A DNA stretch of 64,000 nt, taken from an uncultured Planctomycetales bacterium (GTDB lineage Bacteria > Omnitrophota > Gorgyraeia > Zapsychrales > Aceulaceae). Made by a program: the position numbers and the translations under genes. The stretch spans positions 22,822 to 86,821 of the forward strand of contig CAZYOA010000005.1 of NCBI GenBank assembly GCA_964648665.1. Direction: 5' to 3'. How positions within the stretch are numbered: the stretch's first letter is position 1; each line of letters opens with the position of its first letter. Positions 1 through 8,827 of the stretch are shown in pieces. The notes below the pieces were generated by a model, which saw only the letters and a list, made by a program, of their open reading frames with translations, had not been told where the DNA came from and did no database searches.

Positions 1-1
1 T

Positions 2-1270
2 CTTGGTGTGTATCATGAACTTGGAACCATGCTTGATACGCTGGGACGTTATCCTGAGGCGATTAAGGCGTATCAACAATATCTCGATTTAAGACCTAAT
101 CAGCCAAGAATTTTATATAATTTGGGCAGCACCTACAGACATCATGGTGACCTAAAGAAAGCTATTCTTTTTTTGAAAAAGGCAATTGAGATTAATCCCG
201 AATATTCAGCAGCTTTTCAAAATATGGGACTTAGTTATCAATCTTTAGGAGAATATGATGAGGCTATAAAATGTTTTGAAGAGGCCATTGATCTGTGGCC
301 TTACTTTTGGGGTTCCTATCAAGGTCTTTCTTTTTGTTATCTTGAGAAAGGCATGGACAGGAAAGCTATCGACATAATGAATGAGGCCGTTAAAGCCGAT
401 CCGCGTAGTTATAAGCCATATATGGGATTCGGAGTTTTGTATAAAAAAATGGGGCGTAAGGATAAAGCTATAGAGAAATATTCTAAGGCGTTATCTTTTA
501 GCCCTGGGAATCCAGACATTTTGTTTAATTTAGCTTTGGTGCAGGAATCTGACCCTCAAGCAAAAATTAAAACATTGAAAAAAGTTATTGAGATTCAGCC
601 AAATGCAAAGCATTATGCAGCTTTAGGAAGGGCTTATGTGGATTTAGAGCAATGGGATCAAGCTCTTATTTTTCTTAAAAAAGCGTATGATTTAGATCAG
701 AATTATCTCGATATTAGCAATGATATTGGCATCGTATATGAAGAGAAGGGCATGATTGATGATGCTATTTCTGAATATCAAAAAGAAATAAGTAAGTATC
801 CGGACAATCCAAAGCCTTGGTATAATCTCGGATTCTTATATCGACGAGAAAAAAGATATGAAAAATCTATTGAAAGTTATCAGAAGGCTGTTGCTGTGGA
901 TCCTGGATATGCGTCAGCTTTTTATAATATTGCAAATATTTATTTTGAGGACAAAAAAGATTATGAAACAGCTATTTATTATTATAAAGAAGCCATTGCT
1001 GCAGATCCTAGTCACAGCAGTGCTTATTACAATATGGGAAATGTTTATTTTCACAAAAAAGATTATCAAGAATCGATTAAATTGTATTTAAAAGCAGTTG
1101 AGATTAAGCCTGAATTTGCTAATGGTTATTATGGATTAGCTTTGGCGTATTCAGAGATTGGTAAAAGGAAATTAGCTGTTCAGTATTGTGACGAAGCCGT
1201 AAAGCTTGGGGCAGATGTTCGGGAAAGTTTTTTAAAAAGAGTTGAAGAGTATCGAAAGAATCAATTTTAA
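2..1270 (+). CDS. Tetratricopeptide (TPR) repeat protein, probably 5'-truncated by the window edge
   Basis: About ten 34-aa repeats with the TPR signature (e.g. AIKAYQQYLDLRPNQPRILYNLG, AIEINPEYSAAFQNMG, AVAVDPGYASAFYNIA). The frame stays open back to nt 2; the GTG at nt 8 is an alternative start. Confidence 0.85.
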   Translation, partial: LGVYHELGTMLDTLGRYPEAIKAYQQYLDLRPNQPRILYNLGSTYRHHGDLKKAILFLKKAIEINPEYSAAFQNMGLSYQSLGEYDEAIKCFEEAIDLWPYFWGSYQGLSFCYLEKGMDRKAIDIMNEAVKADPRSYKPYMGFGVLYKKMGRKDKAIEKYSKALSFSPGNPDILFNLALVQESDPQAKIKTLKKVIEIQPNAKHYAALGRAYVDLEQWDQALIFLKKAYDLDQNYLDISNDIGIVYEEKGMIDDAISEYQKEISKYPDNPKPWYNLGFLYRREKRYEKSIESYQKAVAVDPGYASAFYNIANIYFEDKKDYETAIYYYKEAIAADPSHSSAYYNMGNVYFHKKDYQESIKLYLKAVEIKPEFANGYYGLALAYSEIGKRKLAVQYCDEAVKLGADVRESFLKRVEEYRKNQF

Positions 1271-1342
1271 GCAAATGAGTTAATTTATAAATAGATTTTT
1301 CCTATTCAGGGAAAACATTTTGATTATATTTAAGGAGTATTT

Positions 1343-2107
1343 TTGAATCTAATTGATACCCATGCACATTTAAATGATATTGAAGATATTGATTCTGCTT
1401 TAAAGAGAGCCAAAGAGGCAGGGGTTACAAGAATTATTGCACAAGGTGTTGATCTGTCATCAAATAAAAAGAATTTGGCTATTAAACAAAAATTTCCTGA
1501 TATAGATATTCGCTTGGCTTTTGGTATCCATCCTGGTAATATTGTTGTCGATCAGATCGATGAAACTTTTGATTTTATTCGTTCGCATAAGGAAAATATT
1601 GTTGCTATTGGTGAAACAGGTTTAGATTTTTGGTATCGCTGGGTTCGCAAGGATGATGACAAGAAAAATCAGCAAAGGGAAGTTTTTCAAAAGCAAATTG
1701 ATTTGGCTAAAGAATTTGATTTGCCTATTGTTATTCATAGCCGAGGGGCTTGGTCTGATTGTTTCTCTATGGCCAAGGAAAATAATATTAAGAAGTCTGT
1801 ATTCCATTGGTATAGTGGGCCGCAGGATGTTTTAAGGAATATTTTAGATGAAGGTTATTATATCTCGGCAACGCCGGCGCTGAGTTATAGCAAGGAGCTT
1901 CAGGATGCTATTAAATTTGCTCCTATCGATAAAATTTTGATTGAAACAGATACCCCTGTTTTTTATAGAATGGGAGAGTCGGGTTTTCAATCTGAGCCAA
2001 GGGATGTATTCAAAACATTGGATTTTCTTGCAAAAATTAAAAATATTGATTTAGATAAAGCAGCTTACGCTTTAAATGAAAACGCTAAGAAAATTTTTGG
2101 AAAATAA
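1343..2107 (+). CDS. TatD-family metal-dependent hydrolase/DNase
   Basis: N-terminal LIDTHAHL motif, GETGLD, IHSR and ETDTP motifs typical of TatD. TTG start preceded by AAGGAG. Confidence 0.85.
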   Translation: MNLIDTHAHLNDIEDIDSALKRAKEAGVTRIIAQGVDLSSNKKNLAIKQKFPDIDIRLAFGIHPGNIVVDQIDETFDFIRSHKENIVAIGETGLDFWYRWVRKDDDKKNQQREVFQKQIDLAKEFDLPIVIHSRGAWSDCFSMAKENNIKKSVFHWYSGPQDVLRNILDEGYYISATPALSYSKELQDAIKFAPIDKILIETDTPVFYRMGESGFQSEPRDVFKTLDFLAKIKNIDLDKAAYALNENAKKIFGK

Positions 2108-2110
2108 ATT

Positions 2111-2896
2111 ATGTATGAAATTATAAGTAAACAAGTTATTGGCAATGATCTCAGACGTATTGAAATTTACGCGCCTGTTATTTGTTCAAAAGCAAAGCCA
2201 GGACAATTTGTTGTTGTCATGCCAGATGAAAAATCTTTTCGTATTGCTTTAGCTATTGCTGAAATAAATGCAACTAAAGAAACGATCACTTTAATTTTTA
2301 AAGAAGATAGCATTTCAGCAAAGAAATTAGGCAATTTATGGATTGGAGATTCTGCGCTGGCTGTTTTGGGACCTCTTGGCGTGCCATCTGAAATTGATGA
2401 ATTTGGCAATGTTCTTTGCATCGGACATGAGATTGGGGTTGTCTCGCTTCTGCCTGTTTGCCGAGCTCTTCACAAAGTTGGCAATAAAGTTATTAGTGTT
2501 CTTGGTACAGAAACAAAAAGAAACTTATGTTTAGAGCCGCAGATCCATCTTTGTTCTCAGAAGTCTTATGTCATGTCTGAAGACGGATCAACTGGAAAAA
2601 GAGGATATATTAGCGATGCTCTTAGTAAGATTTTTGAAGAGCAAGAAATTAATCGTATTTATATTTCTGGACCGTTGGCTGTGATTCAAGAAGTATTAAC
2701 TATTATACGAGATCAAAATGTAATGACTCGAGTTTTGATCAATCCTTTGACGATTGATGGTTTTGGTATCTGTGGATCGGATATGATTAAAATTGACGAT
2801 CAATATAAGTTTGTTTCTGTGGATGGTCCAGAATTTGATGCTAGCCAGATTGATTTTAAATTCTTAGAAAAAAGAGAAAAAAGTTTTAAGAAATAA
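2111..2896 (+). CDS. PyrK/NfnA-like FAD/NAD(P)-binding oxidoreductase subunit (sulfide dehydrogenase beta-like)
   Basis: Ferredoxin-NADP reductase-like fold motifs (KPGQFVVV, FRIALAIAE, C-terminal VDGPEFDA). Sits 2 nt upstream of a GltD/NfnB-like gene, which is the usual pairing. Confidence 0.7.
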   Translation: MYEIISKQVIGNDLRRIEIYAPVICSKAKPGQFVVVMPDEKSFRIALAIAEINATKETITLIFKEDSISAKKLGNLWIGDSALAVLGPLGVPSEIDEFGNVLCIGHEIGVVSLLPVCRALHKVGNKVISVLGTETKRNLCLEPQIHLCSQKSYVMSEDGSTGKRGYISDALSKIFEEQEINRIYISGPLAVIQEVLTIIRDQNVMTRVLINPLTIDGFGICGSDMIKIDDQYKFVSVDGPEFDASQIDFKFLEKREKSFKK

Positions 2897-2898
2897 TT

Positions 2899-4302
2899 AT
2901 GAAACATATTTTTGAAAATATTCAACCACTCACCAAAAGAATTAAAAGTTTTTGTGAAGCTTTTCTTGGACTTAAGAAGAATCAGGCTGTTTTAGAGGCG
3001 CAGCGTTGCCCTCAGTGTTCTCAGCCAACATGCATTGAAGGATGTCCGCTTGGAGTTGATGTTCCTGGTTTTGTTCGCGCTTTACGAGAAAAAGAAAATT
3101 TAAAAGCATTGCATCGCATAAGAGAGCAAAATAGTTTGGCTGGAATTTGTGGGCGTATTTGCTCTGCTCCATGTCAAAAGGCGTGTATTTTAAATAATGA
3201 GAAAAATGGTGAGCCGATTAATATTAAGATGCTTGAGCGTTTTGCTTTTGATCATGGTCGATCGAGAATAAGACAGCTTTTTAATGCTGAAAGCTCAAAT
3301 CGAAATAATCATAAAGTTGCTATTGTTGGTTCGGGTCCATCGGGATTAATGGCTGCATCTGTTTTAGTTGAGCTTGGATATAAGGTAAAGATTTTTGAAG
3401 CTTTTTATTTGCCTGGTGGAATTTTGCGCTATGGAATTCCAGAGTTTAAGCTTCCTAAAAAAGTTTTAGATGAAGAAATTGCATATATTGAATCTCTTGG
3501 CGTTGAAATTGAAACGAATTGTCTTGTTGGCAAAACACAAACAATTTTAGATTTGAGAAATAGAGGTTATGAGGTTATTTTACTTGCGATGGGATCTTCA
3601 GCAGCAAAAACTTTAGATATTAAAGGATCAGATTTAAAGCGAGTTTATTTTGCTCAAGAGTTTTTGATGCGTTTAAATTTAACAAATGATTCGCAATCAA
3701 TTGCGATCCAGCCTTCTGGTTTTCTTGGGGATAAGATTATAATTATCGGGTCTAATGCGATGGCAGTTGATTGTGCTCGTGCTGCTATTCGTTTTAATAA
3801 AAAGGTAGTTGTTGTTTATCCGCAGACAGAGGCGGATATGGATGTTTCGAATGTTGAGCTTAAATGTGCTAGAGAAGAAGGTGTGCAGTTTGAGGTTTTA
3901 GTTAATCCTGTTGAAATGTTATCTGATGAAGATGATAGTGTGAAAGCTGTGCGTTGCGTTCGGATGGATTTCGCTGATAAGGATGGCAAAGGATCTTGGA
4001 AAGTTGTTCCAGTAAAGAATTCAGAATTCTTAATAGAAGCTGATACTGTTATTTTATCGGATAAAGTTATTTCGAATTCATTGATCGCTAAAGATATTGA
4101 AGGGCTTAAAATAAATCGAGACAGCTCCGTTTGGGTGAAAAAAGATCAATACGCGACATCTGTTGATGATATTTTCGCAGTTGGTGGAGTTGTTGATGCT
4201 TCGTCTAGTTTTATTGAAGTTCTTTCCCAGGGAAAAAAGGCCGCAGAGAAAATTGATTCTTATATTCAAGAGAAAAGTAAAAATGACAAAGCAGACATAT
4301 AA
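2899..4302 (+). CDS. NfnB / glutamate synthase small-subunit-like NAD(P)H-dependent oxidoreductase
   Basis: N-terminal Fe-S motifs CPQCSQPTCIEGCP and CGRICSAPCQKAC. Dinucleotide-binding VAIVGSGPSGLMAA. C-terminal FAVGGVV. Confidence 0.8.
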   Translation: MKHIFENIQPLTKRIKSFCEAFLGLKKNQAVLEAQRCPQCSQPTCIEGCPLGVDVPGFVRALREKENLKALHRIREQNSLAGICGRICSAPCQKACILNNEKNGEPINIKMLERFAFDHGRSRIRQLFNAESSNRNNHKVAIVGSGPSGLMAASVLVELGYKVKIFEAFYLPGGILRYGIPEFKLPKKVLDEEIAYIESLGVEIETNCLVGKTQTILDLRNRGYEVILLAMGSSAAKTLDIKGSDLKRVYFAQEFLMRLNLTNDSQSIAIQPSGFLGDKIIIIGSNAMAVDCARAAIRFNKKVVVVYPQTEADMDVSNVELKCAREEGVQFEVLVNPVEMLSDEDDSVKAVRCVRMDFADKDGKGSWKVVPVKNSEFLIEADTVILSDKVISNSLIAKDIEGLKINRDSSVWVKKDQYATSVDDIFAVGGVVDASSSFIEVLSQGKKAAEKIDSYIQEKSKNDKADI

Positions 4303-5128
4303 AAATATTTTAAGTAAAAAAAAGATAGATGAAAAGATTACAATGCTTACGGCTTATGATTATCCGATGGCTAAGATTATTGATGAAGTTGGAATTGATA
4401 TAATTTTAGTTGGAGATTCTGTAGCTAATGTTGTTTTGGGTCTTGAATCAACAAAAGATATGACTGTTGATCAGATGATCTATCATGCGAGTGCTGTTTC
4501 TCGAGGAACTCAGAACGCATTGATTGTTGCTGATATGCCCTTTGAATCATATCAGATTAATCCTTCTGATGCTATTTCTAACGCAAAACGTTTTATTGGT
4601 GAAGCTGGGTGCGATGCTGTAAAAATAGAATGGTTTGATCAATGTCTAGAAGTGGTTAATGGAATTATAAAATCTAAAATTCCTGTTATGGGACATATTG
4701 GCTTGACTCCTCAAACAGCTGATCGATTAGGTGGATTTAAAGTTCAAGGCAAAGATGCCGAATCGGCGAAACGTTTAATTGATCAAGCAAAAAGTTTAGA
4801 GGAGGCAGGCTGTTTTAGTCTTGTTTTAGAATGCATTCCTGATCGAATTGCCGAAATGATTACAGTGCAATTATCAATTCCGACTATTGGTATTGGCGCA
4901 GGGCCTCATTGCGATGGACAGGTTTTAGTGACGCATGATATTTTAGGTCTTTTTGATCGCTTTAAGCCAAAGTTCTCTAAGCAATATTTTAATTTAAGTG
5001 AAATGATAAAAAATGCAGTAAGTCTTTATCGTAATGAAGTTTTGTCAAACCAATTTCCAGGTAAAGAGCATAGTTTTATTGTCTCAGAAGATGTTATAAG
5101 TAAGCTTAAAGATAAACAGGAGCGATGA
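4283..5128 (+). CDS. panB: 3-methyl-2-oxobutanoate hydroxymethyltransferase
   Basis: [40 protein letters not shown] and ECIP motifs. ATG at 4283 chosen over the ORF-track start at 4163, which would add about 40 non-homologous residues overlapping the upstream gene. Confidence 0.9.
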   Translation: MTKQTYKNILSKKKIDEKITMLTAYDYPMAKIIDEVGIDIILVGDSVANVVLGLESTKDMTVDQMIYHASAVSRGTQNALIVADMPFESYQINPSDAISNAKRFIGEAGCDAVKIEWFDQCLEVVNGIIKSKIPVMGHIGLTPQTADRLGGFKVQGKDAESAKRLIDQAKSLEEAGCFSLVLECIPDRIAEMITVQLSIPTIGIGAGPHCDGQVLVTHDILGLFDRFKPKFSKQYFNLSEMIKNAVSLYRNEVLSNQFPGKEHSFIVSEDVISKLKDKQER

Positions 5129-5448
5129 TGAAGAAATGTCCGTTTTGCGCAGAAGAAATTCAAGAAGAAGCAATTAAATGTCGGTATTGTGGTGAGATTT
5201 TTGGTAAAGCAAAGAATCAAAAATGGTATTTAAATCCATCGATTTTAGTTCTTAGTCTTTTGACAGTCGGGCCACTTGCGTTGCCTTTACTTTGGATTAA
5301 TCCAAAGTATGATAAAAAAAAGAAATTTATTTTAACCGCAATTATTCTTCTTGTTACATATTTTATTTCAAAAATAATGGTGCATGCAGTTCAGCAAATT
5401 CAAGATCATTATAAGCTTATTTTTGATGCAATTGGATATATGAATTAA
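5125..5448 (+). CDS. Zinc-ribbon membrane protein (hypothetical)
   Basis: CPFC...CRYCG zinc-ribbon at the N-terminus followed by two hydrophobic helices. Start overlaps the panB stop (ATGA). Confidence 0.6.
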   Translation: MMKKCPFCAEEIQEEAIKCRYCGEIFGKAKNQKWYLNPSILVLSLLTVGPLALPLLWINPKYDKKKKFILTAIILLVTYFISKIMVHAVQQIQDHYKLIFDAIGYMN

Positions 5449-5594
5449 TGCGAGAAAGTCCAAAAGTTAAGGGTCTTTTTCTTATTTTTTTTGTTATTTT
5501 TTGTGTAGGATGCATTTCATCTCAGCCAAGACCATTAGGTTTTCTTCCGTCTTATGAATTAATGCGAGAAAGCCCAAAAGTTAAAGGTCTTTTT
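5439..5594. repeat. 42-nt direct repeat (5439-5480 and 5553-5594, 2 mismatches) flanking the signal-peptide-coding segment
   Basis: tatgaattaatgcgagaaagtccaaaagttaagggtcttttt versus tatgaattaatgcgagaaagcccaaaagttaaaggtcttttt, spaced 114 nt apart. This gives [11 protein letters not shown] twice in the protein. Confidence 0.9.
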
Positions 5595-6065
5595 TTCTCC
5601 AAAGATCCCTCTGTTAAAATAAAGAAATATCGTCAAATTATTGTTGAGCCGGTTTTTGTTTCTGGAAAAAATATTGATTTAGATAAGTATGAAACGCAGT
5701 ATATTGCAGATTATTTTAAAGATGAGCTTCAAGAAGCTTTTTATCGTAGCTATATTGTTTCTGATAACCTTGAATCGAAAGATGTTCTATATGTTCGCTC
5801 TGCCGTTGAGGTTTGGCCTAGTGAGCCAATTTTGAATATTCATTTTAGTACGTCTTTGCCTGCAATTGGAATTGGAGGGGCTTCGATTGAGGTAGAATTT
5901 TTTGATGCAGAGGCAGATCAATCTATTTTATCTTTTATGGCTAGTGAAAAAGGGGACCGTTTTAATAAAATTGATGGATTTAGTCGTTGGGCCCATACAG
6001 AAAAAGTTTTAAAGAAGTGGGCGAATGAAATCAAGAGTATCGTTGATGGATTTCAAGGGAAATAG
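5448..6065 (+). CDS. Lipoprotein, DUF3313-like
   Basis: Signal peptide with lipobox (FCVGC), then GFLPSYELM...YRQIIVEPV, which resembles the DUF3313 lipoprotein family from memory. TAATG overlap with the upstream gene. Confidence 0.55.
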   Translation: MRESPKVKGLFLIFFVIFCVGCISSQPRPLGFLPSYELMRESPKVKGLFFSKDPSVKIKKYRQIIVEPVFVSGKNIDLDKYETQYIADYFKDELQEAFYRSYIVSDNLESKDVLYVRSAVEVWPSEPILNIHFSTSLPAIGIGGASIEVEFFDAEADQSILSFMASEKGDRFNKIDGFSRWAHTEKVLKKWANEIKSIVDGFQGK

Positions 6066-6119
6066 GGGTTTTTGTTTTATTTGATTTTATTGGTGCTTTG
6101 ATCTTTTAAACGTCTTATA

Positions 6120-6557
6120 ATGAAAAGACTTATGGAAAATGAACCTTTGGGAAATAAGGATCAAGAATCTAAAAAGGCTTTAAATCAAAATGAAGCTAAA
6201 GGTGAATCTTCGTTAAAAAAAGATTTTACTATTGTTGGTTTTGGAATCGTTTTTATTATTTTGATGTTTTTTTTGTACAGAGCATTTACTGGCTTAGGCC
6301 TTGAAGTCGCGTTTCCGCGAGAATCTAGGAAAGTTGTTGATATTCACGGAAAAGCTATCACTGCTTCTTATACAAAGATTTCCGATCGTGAAGCGAGAGG
6401 GTATTTTCAATTTGCTTTTGTTGCAGGATTGTTAACGATTTTTGTTTTTATTTTTTCATTTATTGTTATTAAATGGATTAAAGATAAGAGAAAAATACCA
6501 TTTCAGCCGAAGATGATGGACCGTGATCGGGATGAATTTGGTTCATTAGATCAGTAA
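6120..6557 (+). CDS. Hypothetical membrane protein
   Basis: 145-aa ORF with two hydrophobic helices (FTIVGFGIVFIILMFFLY; FAFVAGLLTIFVFIFSFIVI). No recognisable family. Confidence 0.5.
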   Translation: MKRLMENEPLGNKDQESKKALNQNEAKGESSLKKDFTIVGFGIVFIILMFFLYRAFTGLGLEVAFPRESRKVVDIHGKAITASYTKISDREARGYFQFAFVAGLLTIFVFIFSFIVIKWIKDKRKIPFQPKMMDRDRDEFGSLDQ

Positions 6558-6617
6558 AAGACTTATGATATATTTAAAATAAGGAGATGTTTTCTGCGAT
6601 AGCAGTGGCGTATTATC

Positions 6618-6866
6618 ATGGAATCTCAAACATTACCGACAACATTAGTTTGGTTTTTTTTAGTTGGAGGCCTTGTGCTCTTAACGATTGTTATTTGGGC
6701 GACACAGGCGACTTTAATTTCTAAGAAAAATAGAGAGAAATATAAAAGTAAGAAGATTGTTGATAATTATTATGAGGGAGACGGAAAATCAGTTAAAACT
6801 TCTGCAGTTGATGCTCAGATCTTAAAAAGATGGAAGAGAAATTTAAGTGATGTTGATGATTTCTAG
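6618..6866 (+). CDS. Hypothetical small membrane protein
   Basis: 82-aa ORF with one N-terminal TM helix (LVWFFLVGGLVLLTIVIW). No family recognised. Confidence 0.4.
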   Translation: MESQTLPTTLVWFFLVGGLVLLTIVIWATQATLISKKNREKYKSKKIVDNYYEGDGKSVKTSAVDAQILKRWKRNLSDVDDF

Positions 6867-6916
6867 AATCTTTGTAATTTTTACCTTGCATTAAATATTC
6901 TTAGAGGAGAAACGAA

Positions 6917-7360
6917 GTGAATCAAGATCAAGGGCGCATTGTTGCTTTATGCTTAAGTAAAGATAAACATGTTGCTAAAAAATCAAAAGAAAAAGTTTTC
7001 TTGAAAAAAGATTTTGGTATTGTTGGCGATGCTCATGGGGGATCAGAAAAGCGACAAGTTAGCTTGTTATCAAAAATATCGATTGAAAAAATGAAGGAAG
7101 ATGGTGCTGATGTGACTCATGGTGCGTTTGCTGAAAACATGATTGTTGAGGGAATTGATTTTAAGAATATTTTTGTTGGTAGTCGACTTCGTATTGGAAG
7201 AACAGGATTAATCGAAGTTACACAAATTGGAAAAAAGTGTCATAATCCGTGTTCAATCTATGATGCCGTGGGATATTGCATTATGCCTAAAGAGGGAGTT
7301 TTTGCTAAAGTTTTAGAATCGGGAGAAGTTGAAGTTTTCGATTCTATTTGTTTTGCATAA
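6917..7360 (+). CDS. MOSC domain-containing protein
   Basis: GIVGDAHGG...RQVSLLS...GAFAENMIVEG...IGKKCH pattern typical of small MOSC proteins. GTG start with a GAGGAG RBS. Confidence 0.7.
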   Translation: MNQDQGRIVALCLSKDKHVAKKSKEKVFLKKDFGIVGDAHGGSEKRQVSLLSKISIEKMKEDGADVTHGAFAENMIVEGIDFKNIFVGSRLRIGRTGLIEVTQIGKKCHNPCSIYDAVGYCIMPKEGVFAKVLESGEVEVFDSICFA

Positions 7361-7400
7361 TTGATTTTGATATAAAAATAAATGGGCATATTTGCTTGAG

Positions 7401-7431
7401 ACGCAAAACCTTTAAGTTTTGCGTTTATTTT
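7401..7431 (+). terminator. Rho-independent terminator after the MOSC gene
   Basis: 9-bp stem acgcaaaac / gttttgcgt with a 6-nt loop, followed by ttatttt. Confidence 0.7.
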
Positions 7432-7459
7432 AATATATTAATTATATAAGCGAAAATGC

Positions 7460-7488
7460 TTGATTTTTAGATAACTTTTAGATAAAAT
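7460..7488 (+). promoter_or_regulatory. Putative sigma-70 promoter for glyQS (TTGATT-17 nt-TAAAAT)
   Basis: Hexamers read directly with a 17-nt spacer. The -10 ends only 9 nt before the ATG at 7498 and there is no SD, so the mRNA could be leaderless or nearly so. Confidence 0.4.
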
Positions 7489-7497
7489 AGTCGCTCA

Positions 7498-8805
7498 ATG
7501 TCTCAAAATAATTTAATGGAAAAAATAGTATCTTTATGTAAGCGCAGGGGATTTGTTTTTCAATCCTCCGAGATTTATGGCGGCTTAAGCAGTGTTTGGG
7601 ATTATGGCCCTTTAGGGGCTGAGCTCAAACGAAATGTGAAAAATGCCTGGTGGAAATCTGTTGTGCATGTTCGAGATGATGTCGTAGGGATTGATTGCGG
7701 TATTTTAATGCATCCGCAAGCCTGGAAGGCTTCTGGTCATGTTGATGGATTTTCAGATGTTTTAGTTGATTGCAAGTCTTGCAAGAAGCGTTTTCGAAAA
7801 GATCATGTTGGTGATAAGTGTCCAGAGTGCGGAGCGAGTGATTTTACTGAGGGACGCGCATTTAATTTGATGATGAAAACATATTTAGGTGCCGTTGAAG
7901 ATCAAAATAATGTTTCTTATCTTCGACCAGAAACGGCTCAAGGTATTTTTGTTAATTTTTCTAATGTGGTTGATACAACACGCAAGCGTTTACCGTTTGG
8001 TATTGCTCAGGTTGGAAAATCTTTTCGCAATGAAATTACCCCAGGAAATTTTATTTTTAGAACACGAGAATTTGAACAAATGGAAATTGAATATTTCACA
8101 AAACCAGAGCAAGCTGATGAGGTTCATCAAAAATGGATCGAAGATCGTTTTGCTTGGTATGTTGATTTAGGTATAAAAAAAGATTCGCTTCGTCTTAGAA
8201 AGCACCCGTCAGATGAATTAGCACATTACGCCAAAGGGTGTACGGACATTGAATATCAATTTCCATTTGGCTGGTCTGAGCTTGAAGGCATTGCCAATCG
8301 AGGAGACTTTGATTTAAAACAACATTCTCAATCTTCAGGAAAAGATCTGCGGTATCAAGATAATCTCACCAATACAAGATTCTTTCCATATATTATTGAA
8401 CCTTCCGGAGGCGTTGATCGTGCAACGCTGGCATTTTTAGCGGATGCATATTGCGAAGAAGAAGTAAAAGGTTCGACACGGGTTGTTTTAAAGTTTAGTC
8501 CAGAGTTGGCGCCTATTAAGGTTGCAGTATTGCCACTTTTAAAGAAAAATTCAGATATTGTTTTAACAGCAAAAGCGATTAAAAAAGATTTATCCAAATG
8601 TTTTATGACCGTATATGATGATACAGCTTCAATCGGAAAGCTTTATAGACGGCAGGATGAGATTGGAACATCTTTTTGCGTGACAGTTGATGTGGATTCT
8701 TTAAGCGATAAGAAAGTAACGGTGCGGGACCGAGATACGATGGCACAAGAGCGTATTTCCGTGGATAGTTTGAAAGAATATTTATCAAATAAACTCATTA
8801 GTTAA
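7498..8805 (+). CDS. glyQS: Glycine--tRNA ligase (dimeric class II type)
   Basis: RRGFVFQSSEIYGG, YLRPETAQGIF, FRNEITPGNFIFRTREFEQMEIE and GGVDR motifs. C-terminal anticodon-binding domain. Confidence 0.92.
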   Translation: MSQNNLMEKIVSLCKRRGFVFQSSEIYGGLSSVWDYGPLGAELKRNVKNAWWKSVVHVRDDVVGIDCGILMHPQAWKASGHVDGFSDVLVDCKSCKKRFRKDHVGDKCPECGASDFTEGRAFNLMMKTYLGAVEDQNNVSYLRPETAQGIFVNFSNVVDTTRKRLPFGIAQVGKSFRNEITPGNFIFRTREFEQMEIEYFTKPEQADEVHQKWIEDRFAWYVDLGIKKDSLRLRKHPSDELAHYAKGCTDIEYQFPFGWSELEGIANRGDFDLKQHSQSSGKDLRYQDNLTNTRFFPYIIEPSGGVDRATLAFLADAYCEEEVKGSTRVVLKFSPELAPIKVAVLPLLKKNSDIVLTAKAIKKDLSKCFMTVYDDTASIGKLYRRQDEIGTSFCVTVDVDSLSDKKVTVRDRDTMAQERISVDSLKEYLSNKLIS

Positions 8806-8827
8806 AAGAAGGGTAGGTTTGTTGAAG

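Noticed and set aside
4163-4282. Upstream extension of panB (ORF-track start at 4163)
   Set aside because: The extra 40 residues have no PanB homology and lie entirely inside the 3' end of the NfnB-like gene in another frame. The ATG at 4283 gives the canonical MTKQ...MLTAYDYP N-terminus.
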